The translations under genes were made by a program, and so were the position numbers. Source: a virus (taxonomy: Duplodnaviria > Caudoviricetes). From it: 29,144 nucleotides of DNA. The stretch lies in IMG/VR virus record IMGVR_UViG_3300032290_000187, positions 1-29,144 of that record. One strand, written 5' to 3'. The notes below the pieces were generated by a model. The model did not search any database and had not been told where the DNA came from. It saw nothing but the letters and a program-made list of their open reading frames with translations. Positions 17,108-26,233 of this stretch are shown piece after piece (within the stretch, counting starts at the first letter, position 1; each line of letters starts with the position of its first letter).

Positions 17108-18680
17108 ACTAGAAGTAAAGACAAACGCGCAATCTCTTAAGGCACAATTAAGAGAGGCTCAGAATGAAGTTAATGCACTTTCTGAAAAGTTTGGAGCTAC
17201 ATCTGAACAAGCTATTAACGCTGCTAAAAACGCTGCTAGATTAAAGGATGCTATAGGGGATGCTAAAGCACTTACTGATGCGTTTAATCCTGATGCTAAA
17301 TTCAATGCATTAAGTAATTCCATTGGCGGTGTACTTAACGGATTTCAAGCGTTTGAAGGTGCGCTAGGATTGGTTGGAGTTGAAGGAGAGGCCGTTCAAG
17401 CAACATTGTTGAAAGTCCAATCTGCGATGGCTTTATCTCAAGGATTGCAAGGATTAGGAGAGGCTAGAGATTCATTCAAACAATTAGGTGCTGTAATAGG
17501 TCAAACTGCGCTAGGTCAAAAACTTCTTACTGCTGCACAAATAGCTGGAGCTGCTGCAATGCGAGTGCTTAACGCTGTAATGGCTGCTAATCCAATACTT
17601 CTTGTTGTTGGTGCTGTAGGTGCTTTGGTTGGTGCTTTAGAATTACTAAAAAGAGGACAAGACGACGCAGCTAATAAACAGAGAGAACTAAACAGACAAT
17701 TAGAATACACAAAGAGATTAGAGAAAGAAAGTATTGATGCTACATCTGAACACGTTAACGAATTAAAAAAACTGCATGAAAACAAACTTAGATTAAAACA
17801 AGCTGAGGGAGCTAAGGATAGTGAGTTAACAAAACTAGAGATTGATAATAAAAAAGAGATATTAAGATATTACAACTTAGTTTACCAAGGTGGAGCAAAA
17901 TTAAATAAGGACCAATTAGCAGACGCAAAACAATTAAGAGAAGAAATAAAGATATTACAAGCTCAACAAATAACAGATTTAAAAGTTGCGAATACTACAA
18001 AAAAAGAAGTAGTAAAAAAAGATAAAGAGGAAGAGTTAGAGTTACGTAGAGACGATTTATCTAGTTATTTTGAGATGGGTAAGCAGACGCTAGCTATTGA
18101 GAATGACTTGTATGAAAAAAGAACAGAATTACAAAACAAAGCATACGATGAAGAGCAAGCTAGAAAAGAGAAAGAGAAAGCAGATGCCATAGCACTAGCA
18201 AATGCAAAATATAATACAGCGAGACAATCTTTGACTGTAATAGGTGACTTAGCTGTTTCGTTTGCTGGTAAATCTGAGAAAGCTCAAAAGAGAGCGTTTG
18301 ATATTCAGAAAGCAGCAAACATCGCGGGCGGTTTAATGGATACTTACAAAGCTGCATTAGGTGCGTTCAAAGATACACCAGGTGGACCAATTTTAAAAGG
18401 TATTGCTGCTGGGTTAGTTACTACTGCTGGGTTAGCGATGGTAAATAATATTCGCAAACAAGAATTTACAGGTGGCGCCGTTGGAAATACACCTACACCT
18501 ACTGCTGGAGGTGGTCAAGTTAACCAAGTTATAACACCAAACTTTAACATTATAGGTAACCAAAACCAAACGCAATTAGCGCAATTAAATCAAGCTCCTA
18601 TAAAAGCTTATGTTGTAGGTTCGGATGTTACGACACAACAAATGTTAGATAAGAAAAAAATACAAAATGCTACTTTATAA
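17085..18680 (+). CDS. Tail tape measure protein
   Basis: A/G/L-rich helical segments, an LNAVMAANPILLVV motif and long charged coiled coils. Confidence 0.8.
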   Translation: MAEKKVIELEVKTNAQSLKAQLREAQNEVNALSEKFGATSEQAINAAKNAARLKDAIGDAKALTDAFNPDAKFNALSNSIGGVLNGFQAFEGALGLVGVEGEAVQATLLKVQSAMALSQGLQGLGEARDSFKQLGAVIGQTALGQKLLTAAQIAGAAAMRVLNAVMAANPILLVVGAVGALVGALELLKRGQDDAANKQRELNRQLEYTKRLEKESIDATSEHVNELKKLHENKLRLKQAEGAKDSELTKLEIDNKKEILRYYNLVYQGGAKLNKDQLADAKQLREEIKILQAQQITDLKVANTTKKEVVKKDKEEELELRRDDLSSYFEMGKQTLAIENDLYEKRTELQNKAYDEEQARKEKEKADAIALANAKYNTARQSLTVIGDLAVSFAGKSEKAQKRAFDIQKAANIAGGLMDTYKAALGAFKDTPGGPILKGIAAGLVTTAGLAMVNNIRKQEFTGGAVGNTPTPTAGGGQVNQVITPNFNIIGNQNQTQLAQLNQAPIKAYVVGSDVTTQQMLDKKKIQNATL

Positions 18681-18684
18681 GTTA
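18662..18684 (+). promoter_or_regulatory. Late-promoter motif copy 3 (before protease; leaderless spacing)
   Basis: ACAAA 18662-18666, N13, AGTTA 18680-18684; ATG at 18692. Confidence 0.75.
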
Positions 18685-18691
18685 TAATAAT

Positions 18692-19264
18692 ATGAAAAAG
18701 TTACAGAACATAGAGCTTACAATTAAGGACGAGCAAGAGCAAGGAGTTTTTGCTATTTCATTTGTAGATAGACCAGCAATTGAGGAAGATTTTATTTTAC
18801 TTTCTGAAATGGAGGTTGAAATGAAAGTAATTGACGAGGGTAAACGTGAAGTAATTGGACTTGCTTTAGTACCTGAAAAGAAGATTCTTAGACGTATTAA
18901 AGACAAGGAATTCACTGTGTCATTTAGTGCTGAAACAATCGCTAAGACTCAGGAGCTTTATATGAAGAAATTATACGGAAATAATGTTACAGTTGACCAT
19001 GCAGAAAATGTTGATGGTGTAGCATTAATCGAGTCATGGATTGTTGAGGATGTTAAGAATGATAAATCTAACCTATATAAACTTAATGCTCCAGTTGGTG
19101 CATGGGTTGTAAAGATGAAAGTTTACAATGAGGAAGTTTACCAAGGTATTAAAGATGGTAAATTTAATGGATTCAGCATCGAGGGTAAATACGATGGATT
19201 GGAGCAATTAGAAATGCAAGAAGATGTACTAAATGAAATCAAAGACTTACTAGAAAAACTATGA
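18692..19264 (+). CDS. Prohead serine protease (XkdF-like)
   Basis: AISFVDRPAIE, ALVP, DH...ESW...GAW and GKFNGFSIEG motifs. Confidence 0.8.
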   Translation: MKKLQNIELTIKDEQEQGVFAISFVDRPAIEEDFILLSEMEVEMKVIDEGKREVIGLALVPEKKILRRIKDKEFTVSFSAETIAKTQELYMKKLYGNNVTVDHAENVDGVALIESWIVEDVKNDKSNLYKLNAPVGAWVVKMKVYNEEVYQGIKDGKFNGFSIEGKYDGLEQLEMQEDVLNEIKDLLEKL

Positions 19265-19521
19265 GTGAAATTCCATATTTCGTACGATACAAGGATGTAA
19301 CTACATTAGATAGTACGGATAGTCTATATTTAGACGATGCTACGAGTGACGTGCCAAAGAAGATATCGCTTACCAATTTTATGGACGGGTTGCCTAGTGC
19401 TTACACAACTAACAATACAATCTTAAGTGGTGGTGTAAATAATCAAGATGAAGATGTACCACAATTGATAGGTGGATTAAATGGAGTTTCTAAAAATTCA
19501 AACACAATAAATAATGGCTAA
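19261..19521 (+). CDS. Small virion-associated hypothetical protein
   Basis: Coupled ORF; DSLYLDD...KKISL resembles fibre N-terminal segments. Confidence 0.55.
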   Translation: MSEIPYFVRYKDVTTLDSTDSLYLDDATSDVPKKISLTNFMDGLPSAYTTNNTILSGGVNNQDEDVPQLIGGLNGVSKNSNTINNG

Positions 19522-20863
19522 CGAGACTAGAAGAATAATAATAAAAAAAGGTGCTGGAACTCCAACTGTGCCAACAAGCTCAGACCATACAGATGGTACG
19601 TGGATAAGTACTGATATTTACGAAGGAGAACTTTACTTAGACACTACAAATGGTTTAAATTACACGCGTTATGACGATACAATTGTTGAATTATTTCCAA
19701 CTTCAACAGGTCTAGGCGGTAATGAATTTGTATTTGTATTTTCAAAATTGGACTTGCCAGCTGCGGTTAGTGGTGTAATTACATTAGCTAACAATTATAC
19801 ATATTTTATTACAAAGACAATTGACTTAACAGGGGATAGAATTGTAGGGGGTGTTAATAGTACAATTATAGGTGGTAGTTCAGAGAATTGTATACTTAAA
19901 TCTACAGGATTAAGTAGTTCAACAGCATTAATTACATCGGTATATTCTTTGCCTATTCGCAATATTACAATCACACATGGTACGGCATTAAATCTAGATG
20001 GTGATGGTACTACAACTGCATTGGATTGGTTCGGTGTGAATTTTACTGATTGCGCTACGGTAGGAACTATTAAAGATTACACAAATTTCGTAATGTCAGA
20101 TAGTGCGTTTTTAAATAGTGGTAACTTAACTTTTGATGGTACGATTGGAACTATAGGGATGAGTAATTGTTTGCTTGATTGTTCAAGTGGAAGTACAGCA
20201 TTAATACTTCCAAGTACACTAACTGTAAGTAGAAGATTTAGAGTTATATATTCCTCATTTATTGTGTTGAGTGGTGAAACAGGAATCAATGTAAATGCAA
20301 GTGCTGCGATATCAAGTGAGAGATATATCTTAGATACAGTTAACTTTTCGGGTGGTGGTACTTATCAAAGTGGAGTTACACATACTGACAATAAAGCATT
20401 ATTCGTGAATTGTGTAGGTATTACAAACACATCTACAAAAGGATTCATGTATATGCTTAATAATGGTACTGATACAGCTATTGGAACTCCTAACGTAAAT
20501 ACATGGGTTAAAGCTACAGGCACAACAACAAGTGGTACAAACTCAAAGTTTACACACACAACAAATAGACTGACTTATAACGGCGCTTTTACAAATTCAT
20601 TCTTAGTAACCTTAAATGCAACTGTTAGAAGTGCTGGTACAAATCAAAGTATAAGTATTGGAGTAGCTAAAAACGGAACTATAATAACTGAAAGTGAGGG
20701 GATAGTTAGAACTGCAACGGCAAACGTAGAACATGGAGGAAGTACTCAAGCAGTTTTAGAGATGGTTGCGAATGATTATGTTGAGCTATTTGTAAGAAAT
20801 ACAAGTTCAACGGATATAAGAGTAACAGATTTTAATTTTAATATAGTAAAAATACCAGTATAA
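19514..20863 (+). CDS. Fibre/spike-like structural protein with C1q/BclA-like C-terminal domain
   Basis: N-terminal EGELYLDT anchor-like motif, T/S/G-rich beta-helix-like middle and C-terminal LEMVANDYVELFV. Confidence 0.55.
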   Translation: MANETRRIIIKKGAGTPTVPTSSDHTDGTWISTDIYEGELYLDTTNGLNYTRYDDTIVELFPTSTGLGGNEFVFVFSKLDLPAAVSGVITLANNYTYFITKTIDLTGDRIVGGVNSTIIGGSSENCILKSTGLSSSTALITSVYSLPIRNITITHGTALNLDGDGTTTALDWFGVNFTDCATVGTIKDYTNFVMSDSAFLNSGNLTFDGTIGTIGMSNCLLDCSSGSTALILPSTLTVSRRFRVIYSSFIVLSGETGINVNASAAISSERYILDTVNFSGGGTYQSGVTHTDNKALFVNCVGITNTSTKGFMYMLNNGTDTAIGTPNVNTWVKATGTTTSGTNSKFTHTTNRLTYNGAFTNSFLVTLNATVRSAGTNQSISIGVAKNGTIITESEGIVRTATANVEHGGSTQAVLEMVANDYVELFVRNTSSTDIRVTDFNFNIVKIPV

Positions 20864-20878
20864 ATAAATAAATAAACC

Positions 20879-21049
20879 ATGGAAAAGAAACCAAGAAGAA
20901 AAAAAGGATGCTTAGGTAAGGACGGGAAGTATTCCCTTGCTAATTGTGAAGAGCATAATGTTCAAGGAATTGGACGCGAGTCAGAGCAATCCACAGCGAC
21001 TATAAACCACGTTGTAGTTGAACGAGTTATCTCTGAGGCTAGAGGGTAA
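20879..21049 (+). CDS. Small basic protein, 56 aa (MEKKPRRKKGCLGKDGKYSLANC...QGIG)
   Basis: Translated by hand; has an A-rich leader and fills the gap before the scaffold gene. Confidence 0.6.
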   Translation: MEKKPRRKKGCLGKDGKYSLANCEEHNVQGIGRESEQSTATINHVVVERVISEARG

Positions 21050-21055
21050 TTTAAA

Positions 21056-21078
21056 ACAAAGTAATTAATAATTAGTTA
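21056..21078 (+). promoter_or_regulatory. Late-promoter motif copy 4 (before scaffold/capsid; leaderless spacing)
   Basis: ACAAA 21056-21060, N13, AGTTA 21074-21078; ATG at 21086. Confidence 0.75.
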
Positions 21079-21085
21079 ATAATAT

Positions 21086-21685
21086 ATGGAAAAAGAAACA
21101 CTTTTAAAAAAGGTTAAAAACTTCCTTATTGAACTTACAGGTGTAGAACTTGAAAGTGTAGATACGAAGTTAGAAGACCAAGTATTGGCAGATGGTCAAA
21201 CGACTATTCAAGCTGATATGTTTGAAGCTGGGGAGAACGTATTCGTAGTTGTTCCTGATGCTGAGCCTGTGCCACTTCCTGTTGGTGAATATGAACTAGC
21301 AGACGGCAAAATCTTAGTAGTTAAGCAAGAGGGAATCATTGATTCTATCGTTGAGGCTTTACCTACTGAAGAGAACTCTGATGAAGCAGAAACAGAAGTA
21401 CCTGTTGAAGCTGAGAAAACACCTGAACAAGCGAAGGTTAAAAAAATCGTTCGTTCACAAGTTGAAGAGCAACATTTCTCCGCATTGGAAGAAAAAATTG
21501 CAGAGTTAGAAGCTAAGATTGTAGAGCTTTCTAAGGTAGAAGAGGTGGTTGTAGAGCTAGCAGAAGAGCCTAAACCTATTCAATTCAATCCTGAGAATTC
21601 TCAAGAAGTTCAACTTATCGACTTAACACCAGGGAAAGCGAGAAGTATTCGCGATAACATTTTAGAAACAATTTATAATAAATAA
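21086..21685 (+). CDS. Capsid scaffolding protein (putative)
   Basis: Very acidic with a C-terminal coiled coil; directly upstream of the capsid gene. Confidence 0.65.
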   Translation: MEKETLLKKVKNFLIELTGVELESVDTKLEDQVLADGQTTIQADMFEAGENVFVVVPDAEPVPLPVGEYELADGKILVVKQEGIIDSIVEALPTEENSDEAETEVPVEAEKTPEQAKVKKIVRSQVEEQHFSALEEKIAELEAKIVELSKVEEVVVELAEEPKPIQFNPENSQEVQLIDLTPGKARSIRDNILETIYNK

Positions 21686-21691
21686 TAAACA

Positions 21692-22645
21692 ATGGCTACA
21701 ACAACATCATTAACGACTACATATGCTGGTCAACATTCAGGAATGTGGGTAAAAGCTGCTTTATTAAGCGGTAACACATTAGCAAACGGAGGTATGACTA
21801 TCATGCCTAACATCGCGTACAAAGCGGTAATTAACAAATTAAGTACAGACGGACTTTTAGCAAATGCATCTTGTGATTTCTCTGCTACATCTACAGTAAC
21901 TATCACAGAGCGTACTTTGACTTTAGAGCAGTTCCAAGTTAACTTACAATTGTGTAAAAAAGACTACATTACTTCATGGCAATCAGAAGAAATGGGTTAC
22001 TCCGCAAACAAAGTTTTAGCTAAATCTTTTGCTGATTACTTACTTGCATTCGTAGTAGAAAAAGTTGCTGCTGCTATCGAGGTATCTATTTGGAATGGTG
22101 TTAATGCTACTGACGGACAAGTTGCTGGTATCATGACATTATTAACTACTGATGCTGCTTTACCAACTGCTAACGAGGTTGCTGGTACAACTTTATCTTC
22201 TTCTAACATATTAGCTGAACTTGAGAAAGTTTACAATGCTATTCCAGCTGCTGTTTATGGGAAAGAAGATTTAAAAATCTACGTATCTCAAGCTGCTGCT
22301 AAATACTATGTAACTGCATTAGGTGGTTTCGGTGCTTCAGGATTAGGTTCTAATGGTACAGATGGTAAAGGTATGCAATGGTATACTAATGGTTCTTTAA
22401 CTTATGGTGGTATTCCATTATTCGTAGCGAACGGATTAACTGCTAACCAAATGTTAGTCGCTCAAACTTCTAACTTATTCTTTGGTTGTGGTTTGTTGAA
22501 TGATGCTAACGAAGTACGTTTGATTGATACATCTGAAACTTTAGGTGACGATAACGTAAGAGTTGTTATGAGAGCTGGTTACGCTGTTAACTACCACTCA
22601 GTGTCAGACATCGTGACTTACGGAATCACAAATTCCGCGAATTAG
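21692..22645 (+). CDS. Major capsid protein
   Basis: 317 aa; follows protease and scaffold; biased codon use (GCT, GGT, TTA); followed by a terminator. Confidence 0.8.
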   Translation: MATTTSLTTTYAGQHSGMWVKAALLSGNTLANGGMTIMPNIAYKAVINKLSTDGLLANASCDFSATSTVTITERTLTLEQFQVNLQLCKKDYITSWQSEEMGYSANKVLAKSFADYLLAFVVEKVAAAIEVSIWNGVNATDGQVAGIMTLLTTDAALPTANEVAGTTLSSSNILAELEKVYNAIPAAVYGKEDLKIYVSQAAAKYYVTALGGFGASGLGSNGTDGKGMQWYTNGSLTYGGIPLFVANGLTANQMLVAQTSNLFFGCGLLNDANEVRLIDTSETLGDDNVRVVMRAGYAVNYHSVSDIVTYGITNSAN

Positions 22646-22668
22646 TAACTGACTAATTATCAATAACT

Positions 22669-22697
22669 AGGGGAGGGGGTTGCTCCTCCCTTTTTTT
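22669..22697 (+). terminator. Intrinsic terminator after capsid gene
   Basis: GGGAGG(GG)-GTTG-(CT)CCTCCC hairpin followed by T7. Confidence 0.85.
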
Positions 22698-22720
22698 ATA
22701 ACTATTAAAACTAAAAAACT

Positions 22721-23269
22721 ATGGCTTGTTTATTAACAAAAGGTAGAACAGAGGCTTGTAAGGACCAAGTAGGTGGATTGAAAGCGATATATTTTATCGA
22801 TTATCAAATCGCTGCTGGTGACATTACATACGACGCTACCAATACAGATATGATTACAGCAATTACGAATGTAGACCATTTGTATAAATATGAATTAAAA
22901 GGAGCAGACAATACTTTTGACCAAGATGTAGTATCTGATAGAAATGCGGGTACAACTTATTTCTCTCAAAAGTTAAATATCAGACTTAAACACCAAGATA
23001 TTGCTACACACAAAGAGATTAAGTTACTAGCATACGGACGTCCTCACATTGTTGTAGAGACTAATAATTCTCAGTTCTTCATTATGGGATTAGAGCAAGG
23101 AGCTGACGTTGTAAGTGGAATGATTTCTACAGGTGGTGAGATGAAGTCTGCATCAGGTTACTCTTTATCATTTGTTGCAGATGAGAAAGTACCAGCTAAC
23201 TTCTTGAATGCATCTACACCAACTGCTATGTTAGCGTTGTTTACAAGTGCTACTTTAGTTACTTCTTAG
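22721..23269 (+). CDS. Major tail (tube) protein (putative)
   Basis: 182 aa beta-rich protein (MAC.LT.GR...C...VGG; SGYSLSFVADE) flanked by terminators, as expected for an abundant structural gene. Confidence 0.65.
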   Translation: MACLLTKGRTEACKDQVGGLKAIYFIDYQIAAGDITYDATNTDMITAITNVDHLYKYELKGADNTFDQDVVSDRNAGTTYFSQKLNIRLKHQDIATHKEIKLLAYGRPHIVVETNNSQFFIMGLEQGADVVSGMISTGGEMKSASGYSLSFVADEKVPANFLNASTPTAMLALFTSATLVTS

Positions 23270-23294
23270 TAATTATCTACACATATAGTTAAAT

Positions 23295-23327
23295 GGGGAT
23301 ATCGATTAAGTTCGGTATCCCTTTTTT
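23295..23327 (+). terminator. Intrinsic terminator after tail tube gene
   Basis: GGGATATCGA-TTAAGT-TCGGTATCCC hairpin followed by T6. Confidence 0.85.
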
Positions 23328-23334
23328 ATTAAAA

Positions 23335-23357
23335 ACAAAATGTTAGATATAAAGTTA
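23335..23357 (+). promoter_or_regulatory. Late-promoter motif copy 5 (leaderless spacing)
   Basis: ACAAA 23335-23339, N13, AGTTA 23353-23357; ATG at 23365; lies immediately after a terminator. Confidence 0.75.
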
Positions 23358-23364
23358 TATATAC

Positions 23365-24516
23365 ATGATAGTATTAAAGCCTATATCTACATCACAATCA
23401 TTTAATGTTACGCAACGTAATGCAGATTACAATGCTAATAAAATGCAGATAACGGATGAAGAGACGAATATATCTAGGGTAATTGACTTGACAGCTGTTA
23501 TTTCGCACGAAGAACAAATAGCAAGTAGCTTCGGGTATATGTATAATTGGTATACAGCTGTTGACACAAAAAATATTGCGAATCCAAGTGGCGGTAATGG
23601 TCAAACAAATACATGGAGAGTTCCTTCACAAAGTGACTTTTCAGTATTAAGTAATTATATTATTCATAATGTTACAGGATATTACGAAGGTGGTAGCTAT
23701 TATGGAGTTAACAATGCTTTAAAAACAATTGGAACAACTACAGCTAATACGGGATGTTGGTTTGCTGGAGCTGGAACAAACATATTAAATTTTGACGGTT
23801 TACCTAGTGGTATTAGAACAGTTAATGGTCAATTCATCACAGCTGGAACTGATGCACATTATTGGACTACAACTCCTCATGCGTCTGAGGGGTATTCAAT
23901 ATATGTAAATCTTACAAGTTATTTAAATTACATTACTTTAGATATTAGTACGCTAGTAAATGTAGGGGGTTCGATTCGATTAGTTAGAAACGCGACAGCT
24001 AGCGAGCAATTATTAGCTAACGGAACTAATTCTGTTGACAATCCTACTCAATTAGATTCTTATATCGGTAATGATGGTAAGATATATAAAACTACAAAGA
24101 TAGGTACGCAAATATGGTTAGCTCAAGATTTACTAGAAACTAAATTTAACGACTTATCAAACATACCTGAAGTATCTAGCAATGGCGCATGGTCTGGATT
24201 GATTACATCTGCAAGAAGTACATATACAGGATACAATGCTAGTTTAACAGATTGTACAGGAATCAATGTAGAAATTGTTGAGGTACTATCGTCAACTACA
24301 GATGGAGATTATTACGATACAATTACAACTGCGATTGACCCAGCATTGAAAGAAGGACATACATATAAGACTGTATTGTATTACGATACTATAGACCAAT
24401 ACACATGGAAAGGTAAACTGTTCTGTACAGCTCAAGAAGATGTTAGAGATTACAGCGTAAATAACGATAAATACATAAAAAACACAACAACTAACGAATT
24501 TATACTAAATGACTAG
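23365..24516 (+). CDS. Virion protein carrying an internal, circularly permuted Fib_succ_major (FISUMP)-like domain
   Basis: GYMYNWY, WRVPS, LPSG.R and G.SIRL motifs come before the GNDGKIYKTTKIGTQIW segment that normally starts the domain. Confidence 0.7.
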   Translation: MIVLKPISTSQSFNVTQRNADYNANKMQITDEETNISRVIDLTAVISHEEQIASSFGYMYNWYTAVDTKNIANPSGGNGQTNTWRVPSQSDFSVLSNYIIHNVTGYYEGGSYYGVNNALKTIGTTTANTGCWFAGAGTNILNFDGLPSGIRTVNGQFITAGTDAHYWTTTPHASEGYSIYVNLTSYLNYITLDISTLVNVGGSIRLVRNATASEQLLANGTNSVDNPTQLDSYIGNDGKIYKTTKIGTQIWLAQDLLETKFNDLSNIPEVSSNGAWSGLITSARSTYTGYNASLTDCTGINVEIVEVLSSTTDGDYYDTITTAIDPALKEGHTYKTVLYYDTIDQYTWKGKLFCTAQEDVRDYSVNNDKYIKNTTTNEFILND

Positions 24517-26233
24517 TAACCACGTAATAGAACTATCTGCATACACATCGCCTATAGTTACGGAAGACAAACGTAATGAATGGGTAAACTATGGAGAGGA
24601 CAATAATTACTATCAATTCTTAATCGATAGATATTCCAATTCTGCTACACATAGCGCAGTTGTGAACAATATCAGTAGATTGATATACGGAAAGGGTTTG
24701 AGTGCCTTAGATGCGTCTAAAAAGCCAAATGATTATGCACAGATGTTGACTCTATTTACAGCGAATGACTTGCGTAGAGTGATACAAGACTTATATTTAT
24801 TAGGTCAAGGAGCGTTCCAAGTACATTACGACAAAGGACATAGGAATGTTGTTAAGGTATATCATATTCCTGTGCATTTATTGCGTCCTGAGAAGTGCAA
24901 TGAAGACGGGGATATTGTAGGGTATTACTATTCTGATAATTGGGAAGACCCAAAGAAGTTTGTACCTAAAAGATTCGATGCGTTTGGAGAGGGTAAAAGT
25001 GAGATAGAGATACTAATGATTCAACCTTATTCTGTAGGTACGAAATACTTTAGTAGAGTTGACTACCAAGGTGCATTAGAATACACTGTACTAGAGGAGA
25101 AGATTAGCGAGTATTTGATTAATGAAGTCACAAATGGATTCAGTCCTACAACGATTGTAAACTTTAACAATGGTACACCTACTGACGAGCAAAAAGACGA
25201 GATTGCAAGAAAAACTATAAGCAAATTAACTGGATCAACAGGTAAGAAAGTAGTAGTGTCATTCAATGAAGATGAAGCTAAGAAAACTACAATTGATAGC
25301 GTACCATTAAATGACGCACCTGAACACTACCAATACTTATCTGACGAGTGTAGAAGTAAGATTTTAACAGGTCACTGCGTAACTTCACCACTAATATTTG
25401 GTATTGCTACAACTACAGGATTTAGTGCAAATGCAGACGAGTTAAAGAATAGTGTAATACTATTTGATAACATGGTAATAAGACCAAAACAAGATGTATT
25501 ATTAGAAGCACTAGATAAGATACTAGCGTTTAATGGTATCTCTTTAAATTTATTCTTTAAGACTTTACAGCCTTTAGAATTTGTAGACTTAGCAAACGCA
25601 CAATCTACGGACCAAGTTAAAGAAGAGACTGGGGTTGAAATGAGTGCGGAGGACCATATTGAGTGGATTGATGGACACGAATACATTAGAATAGATAGCA
25701 GAGAGGTTGATTATGACTTAGAAGATGAATTAGATGCTGAATTAGAAGCGTTAAACTCACCAAAAAAGACGTTGTTATCTAAGATTATCAACTTTGTATC
25801 TACAGGGACAGCAAGAGCAAACACTAAATCAGGTCAAGACGGTGCTATTTTCAAACATAGATATAGATATGTGGGTGGAGTTTCTGACAATACTAGAGAT
25901 TTTTGCAAAGCAATGATTAAAGCAAACAAAATATATCGTAAAGAAGATATTATCGCAATGGGTGAACAAGCAGTAAATGAAGGATGGGGACCAGAAGGTG
26001 CAGATACTTACTCAATTTGGCTATATAAAGGTGGTGGCTCATGCGGACATAAGTGGGTGAGAGAGACTTACTTACGTAAATCAGATGTTAATTCTCCACT
26101 AGCTAAAACATTTACCCCAGCACAAACACGTAAAGCTGGGGAGATAGCACCAACTAATGACAAGCGAGTATATCAAAGACCAACGGATATGCCGTACAAT
26201 GGATTCTTACCAACAAATAAACGATTCAACTAA
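24509..26233 (+). CDS. Portal protein with C-terminal Cys/His-containing extension
   Basis: YGEDN.Y, NGFSP, ILTGH.VTSP.IFGI and IRPKQ portal-like core of about 375 aa, plus about 195 aa of extension. Confidence 0.75.
   Translation: MTSNHVIELSAYTSPIVTEDKRNEWVNYGEDNNYYQFLIDRYSNSATHSAVVNNISRLIYGKGLSALDASKKPNDYAQMLTLFTANDLRRVIQDLYLLGQGAFQVHYDKGHRNVVKVYHIPVHLLRPEKCNEDGDIVGYYYSDNWEDPKKFVPKRFDAFGEGKSEIEILMIQPYSVGTKYFSRVDYQGALEYTVLEEKISEYLINEVTNGFSPTTIVNFNNGTPTDEQKDEIARKTISKLTGSTGKKVVVSFNEDEAKKTTIDSVPLNDAPEHYQYLSDECRSKILTGHCVTSPLIFGIATTTGFSANADELKNSVILFDNMVIRPKQDVLLEALDKILAFNGISLNLFFKTLQPLEFVDLANAQSTDQVKEETGVEMSAEDHIEWIDGHEYIRIDSREVDYDLEDELDAELEALNSPKKTLLSKIINFVSTGTARANTKSGQDGAIFKHRYRYVGGVSDNTRDFCKAMIKANKIYRKEDIIAMGEQAVNEGWGPEGADTYSIWLYKGGGSCGHKWVRETYLRKSDVNSPLAKTFTPAQTRKAGEIAPTNDKRVYQRPTDMPYNGFLPTNKRFN

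Noticed and set aside
20861-20876. (TAAA)n microsatellite
   Set aside because: It is a short A-rich translation-initiation region typical of Bacteroidota genes.
23365-24516. Diversity-generating retroelement targeting the Fib_succ_major-like domain
   Set aside because: I saw no reverse transcriptase and no second near-identical copy (template repeat) in the window. One elsewhere in the genome cannot be excluded.
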